Assembly (NCBI GenBank): GCA_951406725.2 | Contig: OX597823.1 | Location: forward strand, 19,778,001-19,842,000 | DNA: 64,000 nt | Reading direction: 5' to 3' | Source: Octopus vulgaris | Lineage: Eukaryota | In this document: one piece after another, positions 1-16,254 of the stretch | Layout: every line of letters starts with the position of its first letter | Numbering within the stretch: the first letter of the stretch is position 1 | Position numbers and translations under genes: made by a program | The notes under the pieces: generated by a model | The model's database searches: none | Seen by the model: the letters and a program-made list of their open reading frames with translations, nothing else | What the model was told of the DNA's origin: nothing

Positions 1-456
1 GAGCGGGATTTTGGTTTGTGTTTGGTAGGGCTTATTTTGATGTCTGGGAGTCCAATATGTTTGTGGTGTTGGTTTGTTGTATCTATTCATTTGTTTTGGT
101 AGTTTTTTTGTCTTCATAATTGATTCTTCACCATAGTTCTTTTCGTAGTTTAAAAACCACTCATGTTGTTTGGCCCACATAAATCTGGATCTTTCCTCCT
201 CTCGTTCGGTATCCTCTTTCCATAATTGTTGTAGTTTTTCTTTGTTTTGGTTATTGTTCCTTTCTGTTATCTCGGCCATTATGACCGTATCGATTGTTTT
301 AATCTTATCTTCCTGGTGTGTGCTTCGTGTTTGTAGAAGGGAAATTTCCGTTTCTAGTCGGCAGAGGGCTAGGTTTGCACGTATTGTTGTTTCTTCTAGT
401 GTTTCACCCCTTATTTCTTTGATAAGAAATTTTCTAGGGAGTATTGTGTTCTTCAT
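1..456 (-). CDS. Stop-free 152-codon frame (MKNTILPRKFLIKEIRGETLEE...), runs off the window edge; probably retroelement-derived
   Basis: Manual translation from ATG at 456-454 has no stop down to base 1; helical, charged composition; absent from the ORF track because no stop lies in the window; the 5' end abuts (TA)n. Confidence 0.45.
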   Translation of the reverse strand, partial: MKNTILPRKFLIKEIRGETLEETTIRANLALCRLETEISLLQTRSTHQEDKIKTIDTVIMAEITERNNNQNKEKLQQLWKEDTEREEERSRFMWAKQHEWFLNYEKNYGEESIMKTKKLPKQMNRYNKPTPQTYWTPRHQNKPYQTQTKIPL

Positions 457-1334
457 ATATATATATATATATATGTAAAATACAAAAATGGGAGAAGAAC
501 GCAAAACATCCAGACAGGTGATACAAAACCGAGGACAACAAAACATCCAGACAGACGATACAAAGAAAACAAGGACGGGTCATTCGGGGTTTTCTTCCTC
601 CGTCGAGTTCCAGATTATCTTTGCAATGATGGGAAAATGAAGGGTATAGAATAGAGTCGCATATATATGCGACTCAACTCTATCATTGTCTCTCTCATCC
701 TTTCTCTAATTCTCTTTTTCTTCACCTTCACCGTTTTCTGTCAGACTATCTGTCTCTCCCTCTTTCTTTTCTTCTCCCTCTCGTTGCTCACACGTGACCA
801 TCGTCCATCTTTCTTTTCTTTCGGGACTGTCTTAAGGACTGGACTTATCCTATCTCTCTCTTCTATCTTTTCTTTTGTCAAAGAAAATATTTCTCTAGCG
901 TTCGCTATTTTACCCACGTTCTGGTCTAACGGACCACCATGTTTGTTCTCGTTCGGTTCCCTTGTATGTCTCCACTGTCCTGTTTTTGTTCCCAACTTTG
1001 ACTCTCCATAAATCCAAAATTTTATTTTGATACTTATGGGAGCAACTGTCTTCGAAGACTCATATTGTCGTTCAATGCTCGAAATGAGGAGTAGATAGAC
1101 AGCCAACAACTGACGAAGGGTTGTTGTTTATGTTACTTGTCCTGTTTTCCATTTGTTTCTCTCCTTGTTTGCGTATTGAATTCATTTGTTTTCGTATTTC
1201 ATTTTGTTTACTGTTGGTCACGTTCTATACCCATACATGCATGTGTGTTTGTGTGTGTGTGTGTATGCATATATATATTATTTATATTATTATTTGACTG
1301 GACGCCACGCATCCTTTTCCAAGTGAATAAGTAA

Positions 1335-1396
<62 letters not shown>

Positions 1397-1478
1397 CAAA
1401 ATAAGCAACGAGGATATCCAGAGGTAATGCAGTACGATCGTTTAATTTAATTGAACTTAAGTATCATATTCATCTGAA

Positions 1479-3701
<2,223 letters not shown>

Positions 3702-3989
3702 TATATATATATATAAATTTAGGAAATGCATTTGATCAAATCTAGACTATGTATGTTTTCTAGCTAGCAGAACCTCAGAGGATTAATTACTTCCTTCTAC
3801 AACCTTCTACGGACTGCTCGAAGCTTACTAACTTCCTACACATAGAATCTTGGATTTTACCTCTACTTCTATATCTGTATACTTTTACATACATACATGC
3901 AAACATACATACGTACATACCTACATACATACATACATACATACATACATACATACATACATGCATGCATACATGCATACATAAATATG

Positions 3990-4040
<51 letters not shown>

Positions 4041-4467
4041 ATATATACGTGTGTGTGTGTGCGTGCGTGTGTGTAGCAGCAATCTTTCCGTACAGCCAAT
4101 GTTTTCTCTATTCATATGTCTGCCTGTCTTAGTAATTCATGTCTTACTAATCTAACCTGAGCCTTAGACCGCCCAAGAGAGCTGTCAGGTAGTTGTTTTA
4201 CAGGTAAAGCAACTTCTCATTGACAAAATTTTGACTTTTTCACTCTATTTACTGACCAGATCAAACAACATAGTTTCAACGGACTAGAGAAGAAGAGAAT
4301 GTATCTGGTTTGTTGAAAAACATGTTATCTGTTTGGTTAAGGGGGAGCCATTTTGTCTTTTCATTTCGTCATCAACTCGGACAATGATAATAGTATGATA
4401 ATAGCCTAGGTCTAGATGTGCAGTCGAACTGACGGAAAATTATTTATTTGAAAACAAAGCTGCACAA

Positions 4468-4972
4468 CATATATTCATGTATACATACATGTATACATTC
4501 ATGTATACATACATACATACATTCATGTATACATACACACACATACATACATAAATACATACATACATAAATACATACATACATACATACATAAATACAT
4601 ACATACATACATTCATGTATACATACATACATACATACATACATACATAAATACATACATACATAAATACATACATACATACATGCATACATACATACAT
4701 ACATACATACATGCATACATACATACATACATGAATACATACATACATAAATACATACATACATACATGCATTCATACATACATACATAAATACATACAT
4801 ACACAAATGCATACATACATACATACATACATACATACATACATACATAAATACATACATACATACATACATAAATACATACATACATACATACATACAT
4901 ACATGCATACATACATACATACATACATACATACATACATACATACATACATACATACATACATACATACAT
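4468..4972. repeat. (ATAC)n tetranucleotide microsatellite, ~500 bp
   Basis: Direct reading. Confidence 0.97.
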
Positions 4973-6987
4973 TATAAGAACAAACGTTGGTATTAAACGT
5001 GGAGGATTACCAGAAAGATTTAAGGCTTTGGTCTACCAATATGGGAGCGTCCCAAGAATCGTCTGGCACCTGCTCATCTCTGAAATTTGCACAACAGTAG
5101 TATCGTAGCACATAGGCTCGGTACACATAGTCTTTGAGTATATGATGGGCAGCTATCATCACAGATGGTTTGGTTTAGTTTGCTACACAGGTGGAGCAGT
5201 ATTGGACTGTACAGAAGCTGAAACATGTTCAGGCTTCCGTTTCGTTCCGTCAGGAAAGAAATCGTGATGACACGGCTAAGAGAACAATTGCTGTACACCA
5301 ATTCAAGGGACACCAAATCGTCTATCGCAGGGATTGCAGTAAGTATATGAAAGAAATGGAAGGTAATCGAGGCAATCAAGCAGGTAGTGGAGGAACTGAA
5401 ACACAAGATCCATCATGGGAGTATTCCATAGGGCAGGGTCAGATTTAGAAGCGTTGCAATACGGAAGAAGGGCAAGCAACGGAACAGTAGTGATGCGGAC
5501 ACACTTCCAGTATGAAGAGGGAGAAGGCGAGGGAGCAGAATGTCACCTAGCAGAACACTTGGAAATGGAACTCGTAAATGATCAAGTTCTTGATCTAGCG
5601 GGGTCTATGATGGTCTCCTCAGGCTATTCAACCCATTTACACGGGGCTTAGTAAAAATCACCGCTTACACCTTCTGTTCTGAGACATGGGCCCTCGAACG
5701 TATCTTAGGTAGCTGCTTTAAGGCACCGAGTGAAGGATGCTATCGCTATAGACACATTCATGTAAATAAGATCTGCAATTAGACAGAAGATCAGTGGCAG
5801 CAGAAATGCCAGCATTATAGCCTGAATAATAATCTTTTTAAGGTGGGAGAGCGACGTAATAAAAGCGCCAAGAACAGCTGTGACGATTTACTTTCCATAG
5901 CACAGGGCTGGGTGATAGGAGTTAACTTGGAGAAACAACTAATATATCTATCAAACATCACACGTACTTTGTTGAGATCAGATATCATCTTGGTTATAAG
6001 GCAACAAGGCATCTAATCCTATCGGAGTTGTCTACCCTTGAAAGAGAGGACGGAGGAGATTGAAGAAAGATAGATGGCTAAGTAGGAGGAGTTGATAGAG
6101 GAATGGAATAGAAATCTAATGAAAACCAGGTGTTTGGGCGTCGAGGATTCGTAGGTCGTATGCTGAGTAAGGTCTATGGAAACCTGAATAATACAAGAAT
6201 ACTGAGAAAGAACCTTGATAGCTTTGACTGAAAAGAGATGATCGGTGGGATTAACAGAATGCGCATTAGACACAAGCCGTAACGTGATTACTCTAGATTA
6301 GGTCATTTGCACAAAGGTGTATGTTCTAAGTCCCGAAACAGCCGTTAACTTCTGGATACAACATGGCCGTTGTAACCGCGTATTGCATCAGAAGATGTAT
6401 GCAAGACGGCACAATTGTGGCCTACAATTTGGAGCATACATATCATACAATATAAAAACTGTCACTCCGTCGGTTATGACGATGAGGGTTCAAGTTGATG
6501 CGATCAACAGAACAGCATACTCGTGAAATTAACGTGCAAATAGCTGAGCACTCCACAGACACGAGTTCTCTTAACGTAGTTCTCACACCGATGTTGGTGT
6601 GTTTACGTCCTCGTAACTGTCCGATTCGGCAATAAGAGACCGATACAATAAGTACTAGGCTTACAAAGAATAAGTCCAGGTGTCGATTTGTTCGACTAAA
6701 GGCGGTGCTCCAGCATGGCCACAGTCAAATGACTGAAACAAATAAAAGAATAAAAGAATGAATATATGTGTGTGTGTGTGTGTTTTATCTTTCACTTGTT
6801 TTAGTCATCAGACTCCGGCCATGCTGGGGCACGGCCCTGAAGAAGTTTAGTCGAACGAATCAACCACAGTACTTTAGTTTTTTTTTTTTAGCCTGGTCTC
6901 TTTTCCCGAACCGCTATATTACAGGGACGAAAACACACCAATGCCGGTTGTCAAGCGATGGAAGGAGGGGGGTAAACGCAGACAAAG

Positions 6988-7018
<31 letters not shown>

Positions 7019-7194
7019 CTTGCTATAGTAGAAAACACTTGCTCGAGGTACGACGCTGTGGGACTGAACCCGGAAATATATGGTTGGAAAGCAAGCTTCT
7101 TACCACTCAGCCATATCTATTTAATATATATGTACACTTATATATGCATATATATATATGTATGTACATGTATGCACATGTGTGTGTATGCATT

Positions 7195-7273
<79 letters not shown>

Positions 7274-7448
7274 AGACGTAGGAATGGTTGTGTGGTAAGT
7301 ATCTTGCTTAAGAATCACATGGTTCCGAGTTCAGTCCCACCGTGTGGCACCTTGGGCAAGTGTCTTCTACTATAGCCTCGGGTCGATCAAAGCCTTGTGA
7401 GTGGATTTGATAGACGGAAACTGAAAGAAGCCCGTCGTGTATATGAAC

Positions 7449-7486
<38 letters not shown>

Positions 7487-7488
<2 letters not shown>

Positions 7489-7869
7489 AGGCGCAATGGC
7501 CCAGTGGTTAGGGCAGCGGACTCGCGGTCATAGGATCGCGGTTTCGATTCCCAGACCGGGCGTTGTGAGTGTTTATTGAGCGAAAACACCTAAAGCTCCA
7601 CGAGGCTCCGGCAGGGGATGGTGGTGATCCCTGCTGTACTCTTTCACCACAACTTTCTCTCACTCTTACTTCCTGTTTCTGTTGTACCTGTATTTCAAGG
7701 GGCCGGCCTTGTCACTCTCTGTGTCACGCTGAATATCCCAGAGAACTACGTTAAGGGTACACGTGTCTGTGGAGTGCTCAGCCACTTACACGTTAATTTC
7801 ACGAGCTGGCTGTTCCGTTGATTCGGATCAACCGGAACCCTCATCGTCGTAACCGACGGAGTGCTTCCA

Positions 7870-7870
<1 letters not shown>
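7487..7870 (+). mobile_element. tRNA-derived SINE (family C) with LINE-like, probably RTE-type, 3' tail
   Basis: A box TGGCCCAGTGG, B box GTTTCGATTCC; same head at 8907, 11597(-) and 45691; tail also found alone, inverted, at ~6462-6585. Confidence 0.85.
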
Positions 7871-7943
<73 letters not shown>

Positions 7944-8378
7944 TGTCTGTGTTTGGCTCCCCCAACATCACTTGATAACCGATGCTGGTGTGTTTACGTC
8001 ACCGTAACCTAGCGGTTCAGCAAAAGACTCCGATGCAATAATTACCAGGTTTACAAAGAATAATTGTTGGGGTTCGATTTGCTCGACTAAAGGCGGTGCT
8101 CCAGCATGGCCACAGTCAAATGACTGAAACAAATAAAAGAATAAAAGAATGAATATATGTGTGTGTGTGTGTGTTTTATCTTTCACTTGCTTTAGTCATC
8201 AGACTCCGGCCATGCTGGGGCACGGCCCTGAAGAAGTTTAGTCGAACGAATCAACCACAGTACTTTAGTTTTTTTTTTTTTAGCCTGGTCTCTTTTCCCG
8301 AACCGCTATATTACAGGGACGAAAACACACCAATGCCGGTTGTCAAGCGATGGAAGGAGGGGGTAAACGCAGACAAAG

Positions 8379-8411
<33 letters not shown>

Positions 8412-8587
8412 CTTGCTATAGTAGAAAACACTTGCTCGAGGTACGACGCTGTGGGACTGAACCCGGAAATATATGGTTGGAAAGCAAGCTTCTTACCACT
8501 CAGCCATATCTATTTAATATATATGTACACTTATATATGCATATATATATATGTATGTACATGTATGCACATGTGTGTGTATGCATT

Positions 8588-8676
<89 letters not shown>

Positions 8677-8852
8677 AGACGTAGGAATGGTTGTGTGGTA
8701 AGTATCTTGCTTAAGAATCACATGGTTCCGAGTTCAGTCCCACCGTGTGGCACCTTGGGCAAGTGTCTTCTACTATAGCCTCGGGTCGATCAAAGCCTTG
8801 TGAGTGGATTTGATAGACGGAAACTGAAAAGAAGCCCGTCGTGTATATGAAC

Positions 8853-8906
<54 letters not shown>

Positions 8907-8908
<2 letters not shown>

Positions 8909-9287
8909 AGGCGCAATGGCCCAGTGGTTAGGGCAGCGGACTCGCGGTCATAGGATCGCGGTTTCGATTCCCAGACCGGGCGTTGTGAGTGTTTATTGAG
9001 CGAAAACACCTAAAGCTCCACGAGGCTCCGGCAGGGGATGGTGGTGATCCCTGCTGTACTCTTTCACCACAACTTTCTCTCACTCTTACTTCCTGTTTCT
9101 GTTGTACCTGTATTTCAAAGGGCCGCCTTGTCACTCTCTGTGTCACGCTGAATATCCCCGAGAACTACGTTAAGGGTACACGTGTCTGTGGAGTGCTCAG
9201 CCACTTACACGTTAATTTCACGAGCAGGCTGTTCCGTTGATCGGATCAACCGGAACCCTCATCGTCGTAACCGACGGAGTGCTTCCA

Positions 9288-9288
<1 letters not shown>
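8907..9288 (+). mobile_element. tRNA-derived SINE (family C), duplicate copy
   Basis: Near-identical to 7487-7870. Confidence 0.85.
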
Positions 9289-9339
<51 letters not shown>

Positions 9340-9824
9340 TGTCTGTGTTTGGCTCCCCCAACATCACTTGATAACCGATGATGGTGTGTTTACGTCACCG
9401 TAACCTAGCGGTTCAGCAAAAGACTCCGATGCAATAATTACCAGGTTTACAAAGAATAATTGTTGGGGTTCGATTTGCTCGACTAAAGGCGGTGCTCCAG
9501 CATGGCCACAGTCAAATGACTGAAACAAGTAAAAGAGTAAAAAAGAGAGAGTATGCAAACGCACAATCACATATAAAACTTACGCGCACACGCACGAATA
9601 CAGAGAGAGAGAGAGAATGAGAGGTTGATAGAGAAAGAGAAAGAAAGAGAAAGAGAACGGGAAAGAGAGAGGGAGAGAACGAGAGAGAAAGAGAGCTGGG
9701 GGTAATGTAGACGGTGCCAACGGAAGCTATTGTCGGCATAACTGTAAACATCTCGCGTCAGCCTATTAGCGAGAAATACGGCGCTTCTTTGATGGAGGCG
9801 ATACAAAGCTGCAACTGCTGCTGC

Positions 9825-9858
<34 letters not shown>

Positions 9859-10070
9859 CTTGTTGTTGTTGTTGTTGTTGTTATTATTGCTGTTGTAGTT
9901 TGCTGTTTGTTGTCGTCAAATGGTCTCACTGTGGAAATATTTACATAGAGTTCTTGAATAAAAAAAGCTGCCCTATTAAGTTGATATTATTAATTTAACA
10001 ATGTGAGACCACTCCCTTTTTTTCGTCTGCATGTTGGTATATGCTGCATGGCTCTACATACATACATACA

Positions 10071-10226
<156 letters not shown>

Positions 10227-10228
10227 TG

Positions 10229-10267
<39 letters not shown>

Positions 10268-10538
10268 GTATGATATGTATATGTATATACATCTCTGTAA
10301 ATGCATATTTGTACACAAAATCACTTAGACACAAACACACACATATTTATACAAGCTCACACGTACACACGCACTTACATACATGCATATATGCGTATGT
10401 ACGTGCATGTGTGTATATGTGTATGTATTTTTAAGGACATACGAACTATTGACGATGTAACTGTTAACGATGTATGTGTGTGTATGTGTGTGCGTGTAAG
10501 TATGTATGCCTGTATGTCTATGTATATGAGTGCATATA

Positions 10539-11046
10539 TATGGTGTCCTAAAAATGTATACACACTTTAAATAATTGTAAAGTAGGTGTTTACTAAAATA
10601 CATTTCATTTTCAGAATTTAATAGAATCTACAGCTATTATTTTATTGTTTTGTCAACGCCTGTTTTCCAAACTGACGTCTCTTCTGGTCCAGGCTCTGCT
10701 GACAACGCGAAGCAATGGAATCGCAAACATCACGAAACAATTCATTTGGTATTTGCGTACATTCTCGTTCAAATGGCTGCTCTCAAATCAGCGACTGTTT
10801 CAGGTTTCATAGCGTAGACTTTGTCTTTTAAGCATCGCAATAAAAAAAGTCTAGTGCTGTGAGGTCTGGTGAACGTGGAGGGTATTATTCAACGAAACCC
10901 CCTTCGTCTAATCCACCTGTTAAGCAAGAATACATCATGGAAGGATCTAACATCGCGATGGTATTGTGGGGTGCCCCATGTTGCTGAAAATAAAACTCCG
11001 AATCTTCAAAGTCTTCTCTAATGCTTTGCATGACAGACTGTTGCAA
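10539..11046 (-). pseudogene. Degenerate Tc1/mariner-superfamily transposase C-terminal fragment with terminus
   Basis: Minus-strand translation across frameshifts: YFQQHGAPH...PPRSPDLTALDFF...LKDKVY...KPETVADLRAAI. Confidence 0.85.
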
Positions 11047-11105
11047 CATATATATATATATATCTGCACATATATTTGTATGCATATAAACACATGTGTG
11101 AGTAC

Positions 11106-11173
<68 letters not shown>

Positions 11174-11247
11174 ATATTTATGTATGTACTTATATATGTA
11201 CACGTATGTATATATGTATGTATATATATGCATGTAAACATGTGTGA

Positions 11248-11303
<56 letters not shown>

Positions 11304-11306
11304 ATA

Positions 11307-11597
11307 TATCACGTGATCACATGACCGACTAGACCATCAGATGTTGTTGTTACACATCGCTGGTCACAATGCGTTCGCATTGTTTTAGCCTTTGAATGAC
11401 GCCACCCCGCTGGCTAAGCGATCAGGTCAACAGAAGAAAGAGTGGGAGAAAGAGTGGTGAAAGAGTACAGCAGGGATCACCACCCCCTGCCGGAGCCTCG
11501 TGGAGCTTTTAGGTGTTTTCGCTCAATAAACACTCACAACGCCCGGCCTGGGAATCGAAACCGCGATCCTCCGACTGCGAGTCCCCTGCCCTAACCA
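11307..11597 (-). mobile_element. tRNA-derived SINE (family C head) with RTE tail ending GGTCATGTGATCACGTGATA
   Basis: Head matches the 7487 copy; tail matches the 3' end of the RTE fragment at 36270-36330. Confidence 0.85.
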
Positions 11598-11623
11598 CAC
11601 ACACACACACACACATACATACG

Positions 11624-11724
<101 letters not shown>

Positions 11725-12299
11725 GTACAAATACAAACTTATGCTCAGACATACGACATACGTACATACCAATTTCGACAATATAATTAGCGTCCATTTT
11801 CGAAACCTACCCACCTTTCTGTGTAATTTGGAATATTTCTGTATATAAACTTAGCAGAAGATTTATAAACAAACACCTTCCGTTTACGAACATTCATTTA
11901 TATACAAAACTATGTATGTGTGTATGTGTGTGTGTGTGTGTGCGCGTGTCTGTGTGTGTGTGTATTCAGTACACTTCACATAACATGATTATTAGTATGA
12001 AATTTCGTCACCTTGACTCATGTGAATATCCGCCTGCGTATATATGTATTTATCGATGGAAACTGTACAGAAGCCTTCTAGGTGGATCGTATGGATTGTT
12101 GTTTGGTGGGTCGTCGCATCGAGGCAGTGGCTAGAAGACCTTGGCAGGCGCAGAGACATTGTTTACCAGAGATCATGTCGGGTGGTGGTGTTCATAATAT
12201 TTGAATGACAATCTCAGGCGCTTGTAGGACACGAGACACATTGACGCAGAGAGTCGAGGATTGCAATAGTCTTAGCTTCTGCACCGGCGCCATCGGTGT

Positions 12300-12460
12300 G
12301 GGGAGTCCAATAAAAAAAAAAAGTCACAGGAAAAATGTTACAGAGAAAAAAAGACAACGTCAAAGAACGCCTTCATAGCTTTTGTGTTGCACAACGAGAA
12401 AACCACAAGACTGTTGGAGTTTCTTCGTGGCGTCGGCTGGAATAATTGTCTTAGCCGTCG
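12300..12460 (+). mobile_element. Possible Mutator/MULE relic
   Basis: AAAAAGTCACAGGAAAAA-type terminal motif; frameshifted ERLHSFC...KTV..FLRGVGWN resembles MULE transposase C-termini. Confidence 0.3.
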
Positions 12461-12655
12461 GACATTAAACAGCTAAGTATACATATAATGCCACGATACG
12501 ATATCAAATGTTTTCCATCTGTACATGACATGCATCGTTAGTAAATGACCGATTTCAGTTCTATGTTTTATTATCTTATTTTGCTTAGGAAGTTGAATGA
12601 AAAGATTTTTTTTAATGCGTAATGTCATCAGATAAATTGTGTACCAGTTTCTGTC

Positions 12656-12687
<32 letters not shown>

Positions 12688-12785
12688 AATAAATGACACA
12701 ACGAAGCACCGATATTTACTGGAAAATAGCGAACGTACAGGTCATGCATTGTCAGTTAATAACTGATTAAATTTCCTTCGCTCTA

Positions 12786-13048
12786 TTGGGTTGTCCGGAA
12801 AGTTCGTGCCGATTTTTAAAGGAAAGAAAAAAGTTCAATAAATACTTGTCATTACATTTTTAATCAACCAAATATGAACCATTTTGTTGCACAATGCGTC
12901 TCCATCTTTCCTTTAACTTGAAAATACCCTCTTCCCAGAATTGAGGTGGTTTCATGGCAAAGAATTCATCATGGTATTTAAAAAAAATTTTTTTTGTCAT
13001 AATCAAAGGAATTGGAATTTTTACCATTAACACTATTCTGCAGATACC
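12786..13048 (-). mobile_element. Mariner fragment (one TIR plus transposase C-terminus)
   Basis: TA|TTGGGTTGTCCGGAAAGTTCGTGCCGATTT TIR; FFAMKPPQFWEEGIFKLKERWRRIVQQNGSY; homologous to 42995-43560. Confidence 0.9.
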
Positions 13049-13909
13049 TGAAGGAGGGGGACAAACACAGACACACAAACATATACACACGCATACATAC
13101 ATACATGCATACATACACACACACGCACACATACACACACACACACACACATATGTATATACGACGGGCTTCTTTCAATTTCCGTCTACCAAATCCACTC
13201 ACAAGGCTTTAATCGGCCCGAGGCTATAGTAGAAGACACTTGCCCAAGGTGCCACGCAGTGGAACTGAACCCAGAACCATGTGGTTGGTAAGCAAGCTAC
13301 TTACCACACAGTCACTCCTACGCCTATTACAATACAGTTATATGTTTGAAATCAGCGAGTGTTTTTGTGGACACTCTGTATAAAAAGAAAAACTTCAAAT
13401 CGTTGATACAATATCCACATATATGGAGTCAAGACCGAGCAGTTTGTTCTGGCATCTAAATCGTGATACTTCTAATCGGTGCATTGTGTAAACGGCAAAT
13501 AAAATTTAGGTAGTTGAAGATTCGTGAGGAGTTAGTATAACCGTTTGAGCCGTAATGTAATTGAGCGTTAAATAAGCGTGTGAGGGAGGAGTGTCATGTC
13601 ACATGATACGAAGATCAAGGCACAAAGCAACATGACGGCTTATCTCTGAGCACGTAACAGGTGTGAACGTCACGTTATCAACATTATATTTCCGTTGACA
13701 CACGTAAAGGGAAATATATATACATGAACATAGATAGGCACACAGATTTCTGGTCATTCATTCTTGTGTATTCTTTGTGTGTGTGTGCTGTATTTGTATG
13801 TGTCGGGAAGAATGTACGAATTTGTGTGAGTGTATATACATACATACATGCATATATATACACACACACACACATACTCACACAGATACACTCATACAGA
13901 TACATAGAT

Positions 13910-13953
<44 letters not shown>

Positions 13954-13996
13954 GGTGAATCCTCAGGAAAGGAAAGTTATATATAAATGTATGTAC

Positions 13997-14068
<72 letters not shown>

Positions 14069-14099
14069 ATATATATCTGTGTGTGTATATGTGTACACT

Positions 14100-14502
14100 C
14101 TTTTTACTCTTTAATTTTTTTCAGTCATTTGACTTTGGCCATGCTGGAGCACCGCCTTTTAGTCGAACAAATCGACCCAGGACTTATGCTTTGTAAACCT
14201 AGTACTTATTCTATCGGTCTCTTTTGCCGAGCCGCTAAGTTACACACCATAAACACACCAGCATCGGTTGTCAAGCGATGTTGGGGGGGGGGGGGGACAA
14301 ACACAGACACACAAACATATATACACACACATACACATATACATATATACGACGGGTTTCTGTCTACCAAATTCACTCACAGGGATTTGGTCGGCCCGAG
14401 GCTATAGTAGAAGACACTTGCCCAAGGTGCCACGCAGTGGGATGAACCCGGAACCATGTGGTTGGTAAGCAAGCTACTTACTACACAGCCGCTCCTACGC
14501 CT
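14100..14502 (-). mobile_element. tRNA-derived SINE family A, full length
   Basis: tRNA head, ACCTTGGGCAAGTGTCTT CORE-like block, internal microsatellite, conserved tail; >20 full or partial copies in the window. Confidence 0.9.
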
Positions 14503-14521
14503 ATGTGTGTGTATACATACA

Positions 14522-14604
<83 letters not shown>

Positions 14605-14627
14605 ACATATATACATATATATAAATG

Positions 14628-14687
<60 letters not shown>

Positions 14688-15105
14688 TACCTCTATATGT
14701 GTAAATTTGAGTGTGCGTGTGTGTGAGTGTGCGCGTGTGTGTGCGCCCGCGCGTGTGTATACGTATGACTGTATGTGTGTTTAATTACACACGTGAATAA
14801 AATGAACGAATTATTATTCCTGTTTTCATGTTTGAGGGTCAGGTAACAACAGACAGAAACACGTTGCATCATCAAGCTCTCTTCCGGATGACAAAATAGG
14901 GTCTGTGGGGCCCTAGTTCTGTTGCAACCCGAAAGTCTTAGTATCTCATACCACAGGTCTCCTGCTTAGAGAATTTTTCACTGTCGTTTACCGAGATCTT
15001 ACTGCCATTAGAGCAAACCACCATCTGATAATACTTTGCATGTACCACGTCCTCACGTTGTTTTCTTTTTTCCTGTGTTTGTTCTTCGTTTTTTTGGGGA
15101 TTTAC

Positions 15106-15198
<93 letters not shown>

Positions 15199-15294
15199 CG
15201 GGAAGCTTTATGAAAATAAACAAAAGACGAAGGCAGGTGGAAAACAAACGAACAATTGTATTAGTATGGCGCTCAGGAAATATAAATAAAAGAA

Positions 15295-15333
15295 GTCTTT
15301 AACGTTTCGAGCCTACGCTCTTCAACAGAAAGA
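15295..15333 (-). ncRNA. Minimal type-I hammerhead-like motif (CUGUUGA core variant)
   Basis: tcttt CTGTTGA A GAGC gtag GCTC GAAA CG TT aaaga. Confidence 0.7.
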
Positions 15334-15409
15334 TACACAGAGAGAGAAAAACACAGAAAGAAGGAGAGAAAAAAAAATGCGTGCAGTAGCTATATATATA
15401 TATATATCA

Positions 15410-15451
<42 letters not shown>

Positions 15452-15456
15452 TATTT

Positions 15457-15515
<59 letters not shown>

Positions 15516-15523
15516 TATTTATG

Positions 15524-15559
<36 letters not shown>

Positions 15560-15562
<3 letters not shown>

Positions 15563-15955
15563 CGCAGGAGTGGCTGTGTGCTAAGTAGCTTGCTAACCAA
15601 CCACATGGTTCCGGGTTCAGTCCCACTGCGTGGCATCTTGGGCAAGTGTCTTCTGCTATAGCCCCAGGCCGACCAATGCCTTGTGAGTGGATTTGGTAGA
15701 CAGAAACTGAAAGAAGCCTGTCGTATATATGTATATGTGTGTGTGTTTGTGTGTCTGTGTTTGTCCCCCTAGCATTGCTTGACAACCGATGCTGGTGTGT
15801 TTACGTCCCCGTCACTTAGCGGTTCGGTAAAAGAGACTGATAGAATAAGTACTGGGCTTACAAAGAATAAGTCCCGGGGTTGATTTGCTCGACTAAAGGC
15901 GGTGCTCCAGCATGGCCGCAGTCAAATGACTGAAACAAGTAAAAGAGTAAAAGAG
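15560..15955 (+). mobile_element. SINE family A, full length
   Basis: GGCGCAGGAGTGGCTGTGTG...GGTTCAGTCCC head through the (GTAAAAGA) tail. Confidence 0.92.
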
Positions 15956-15974
15956 TATATATATATATTTATAT

Positions 15975-16006
<32 letters not shown>

Positions 16007-16139
16007 CGATATAGTGTATATTTATACACATAAGGAATCCACACTTAGGGTGAGATTCAACACATTAGATAACCACAAAAATAATAGATAAAATTCGACA
16101 GGAATAAATTTGGAAATGAAAAACATTTACCATTTAATA

Positions 16140-16215
16140 CCCCGGACCAAATTAGTTTCTGATCTTCTTTTAGCAAGTCGGGGGAACTCGCAAGGTCTGA
16201 TCTTCTTCGGCGAGG
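16140..16215 (-). ncRNA. Type-I hammerhead ribozyme (CCGAAGA core)
   Basis: cctcg CCGAAGA A GATC [internal hairpin GCGAGT..ACTTGC] GATC A GAAA CTAATTTGG TC cgggg; stems I, II and III all pair; GUC cleavage triplet. Confidence 0.75.
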
Positions 16216-16254
16216 TACAACCTGGGGTTAAAACATAGATTTATTTACCGGAAT

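Larger units (their letters stand above)
6692..9528 (+). repeat. Tandem duplication, ~1.39-kb unit (6692-8082 / 8083-9478) built of SINEs and microsatellites
   Basis: Near-identical units differing mainly in microsatellite length; boundaries fall in the same SINE tail sequence (TCGACTAAAGGCGGTGCTCCAGC). Confidence 0.95.

Noticed and set aside
1044-1130. ctgtct-TCGAAGA-CTCAT..ATGAG..agacag and aacaa-CTGACGA..ttgtt
   Set aside because: GAAA and stem III are not correctly placed; too degenerate to call a hammerhead
1430-1476. Minus-strand CAGATGA...AAACGATCGTA hammerhead relic
   Set aside because: Stem II does not pair and the core is altered
4980-6420. GC-richer unique stretch with several short ORFs
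   Set aside because: No recognisable protein motif in the frames examined; probably a decayed TE but unsupported
15915-15945. SINE A tail CAGTCAAATGACTGAAAC shares 15 nt with the HHR at 25860-25875
   Set aside because: No CUGANGA-like box or stems I/III around it; more likely a LINE-type 3' stem-loop
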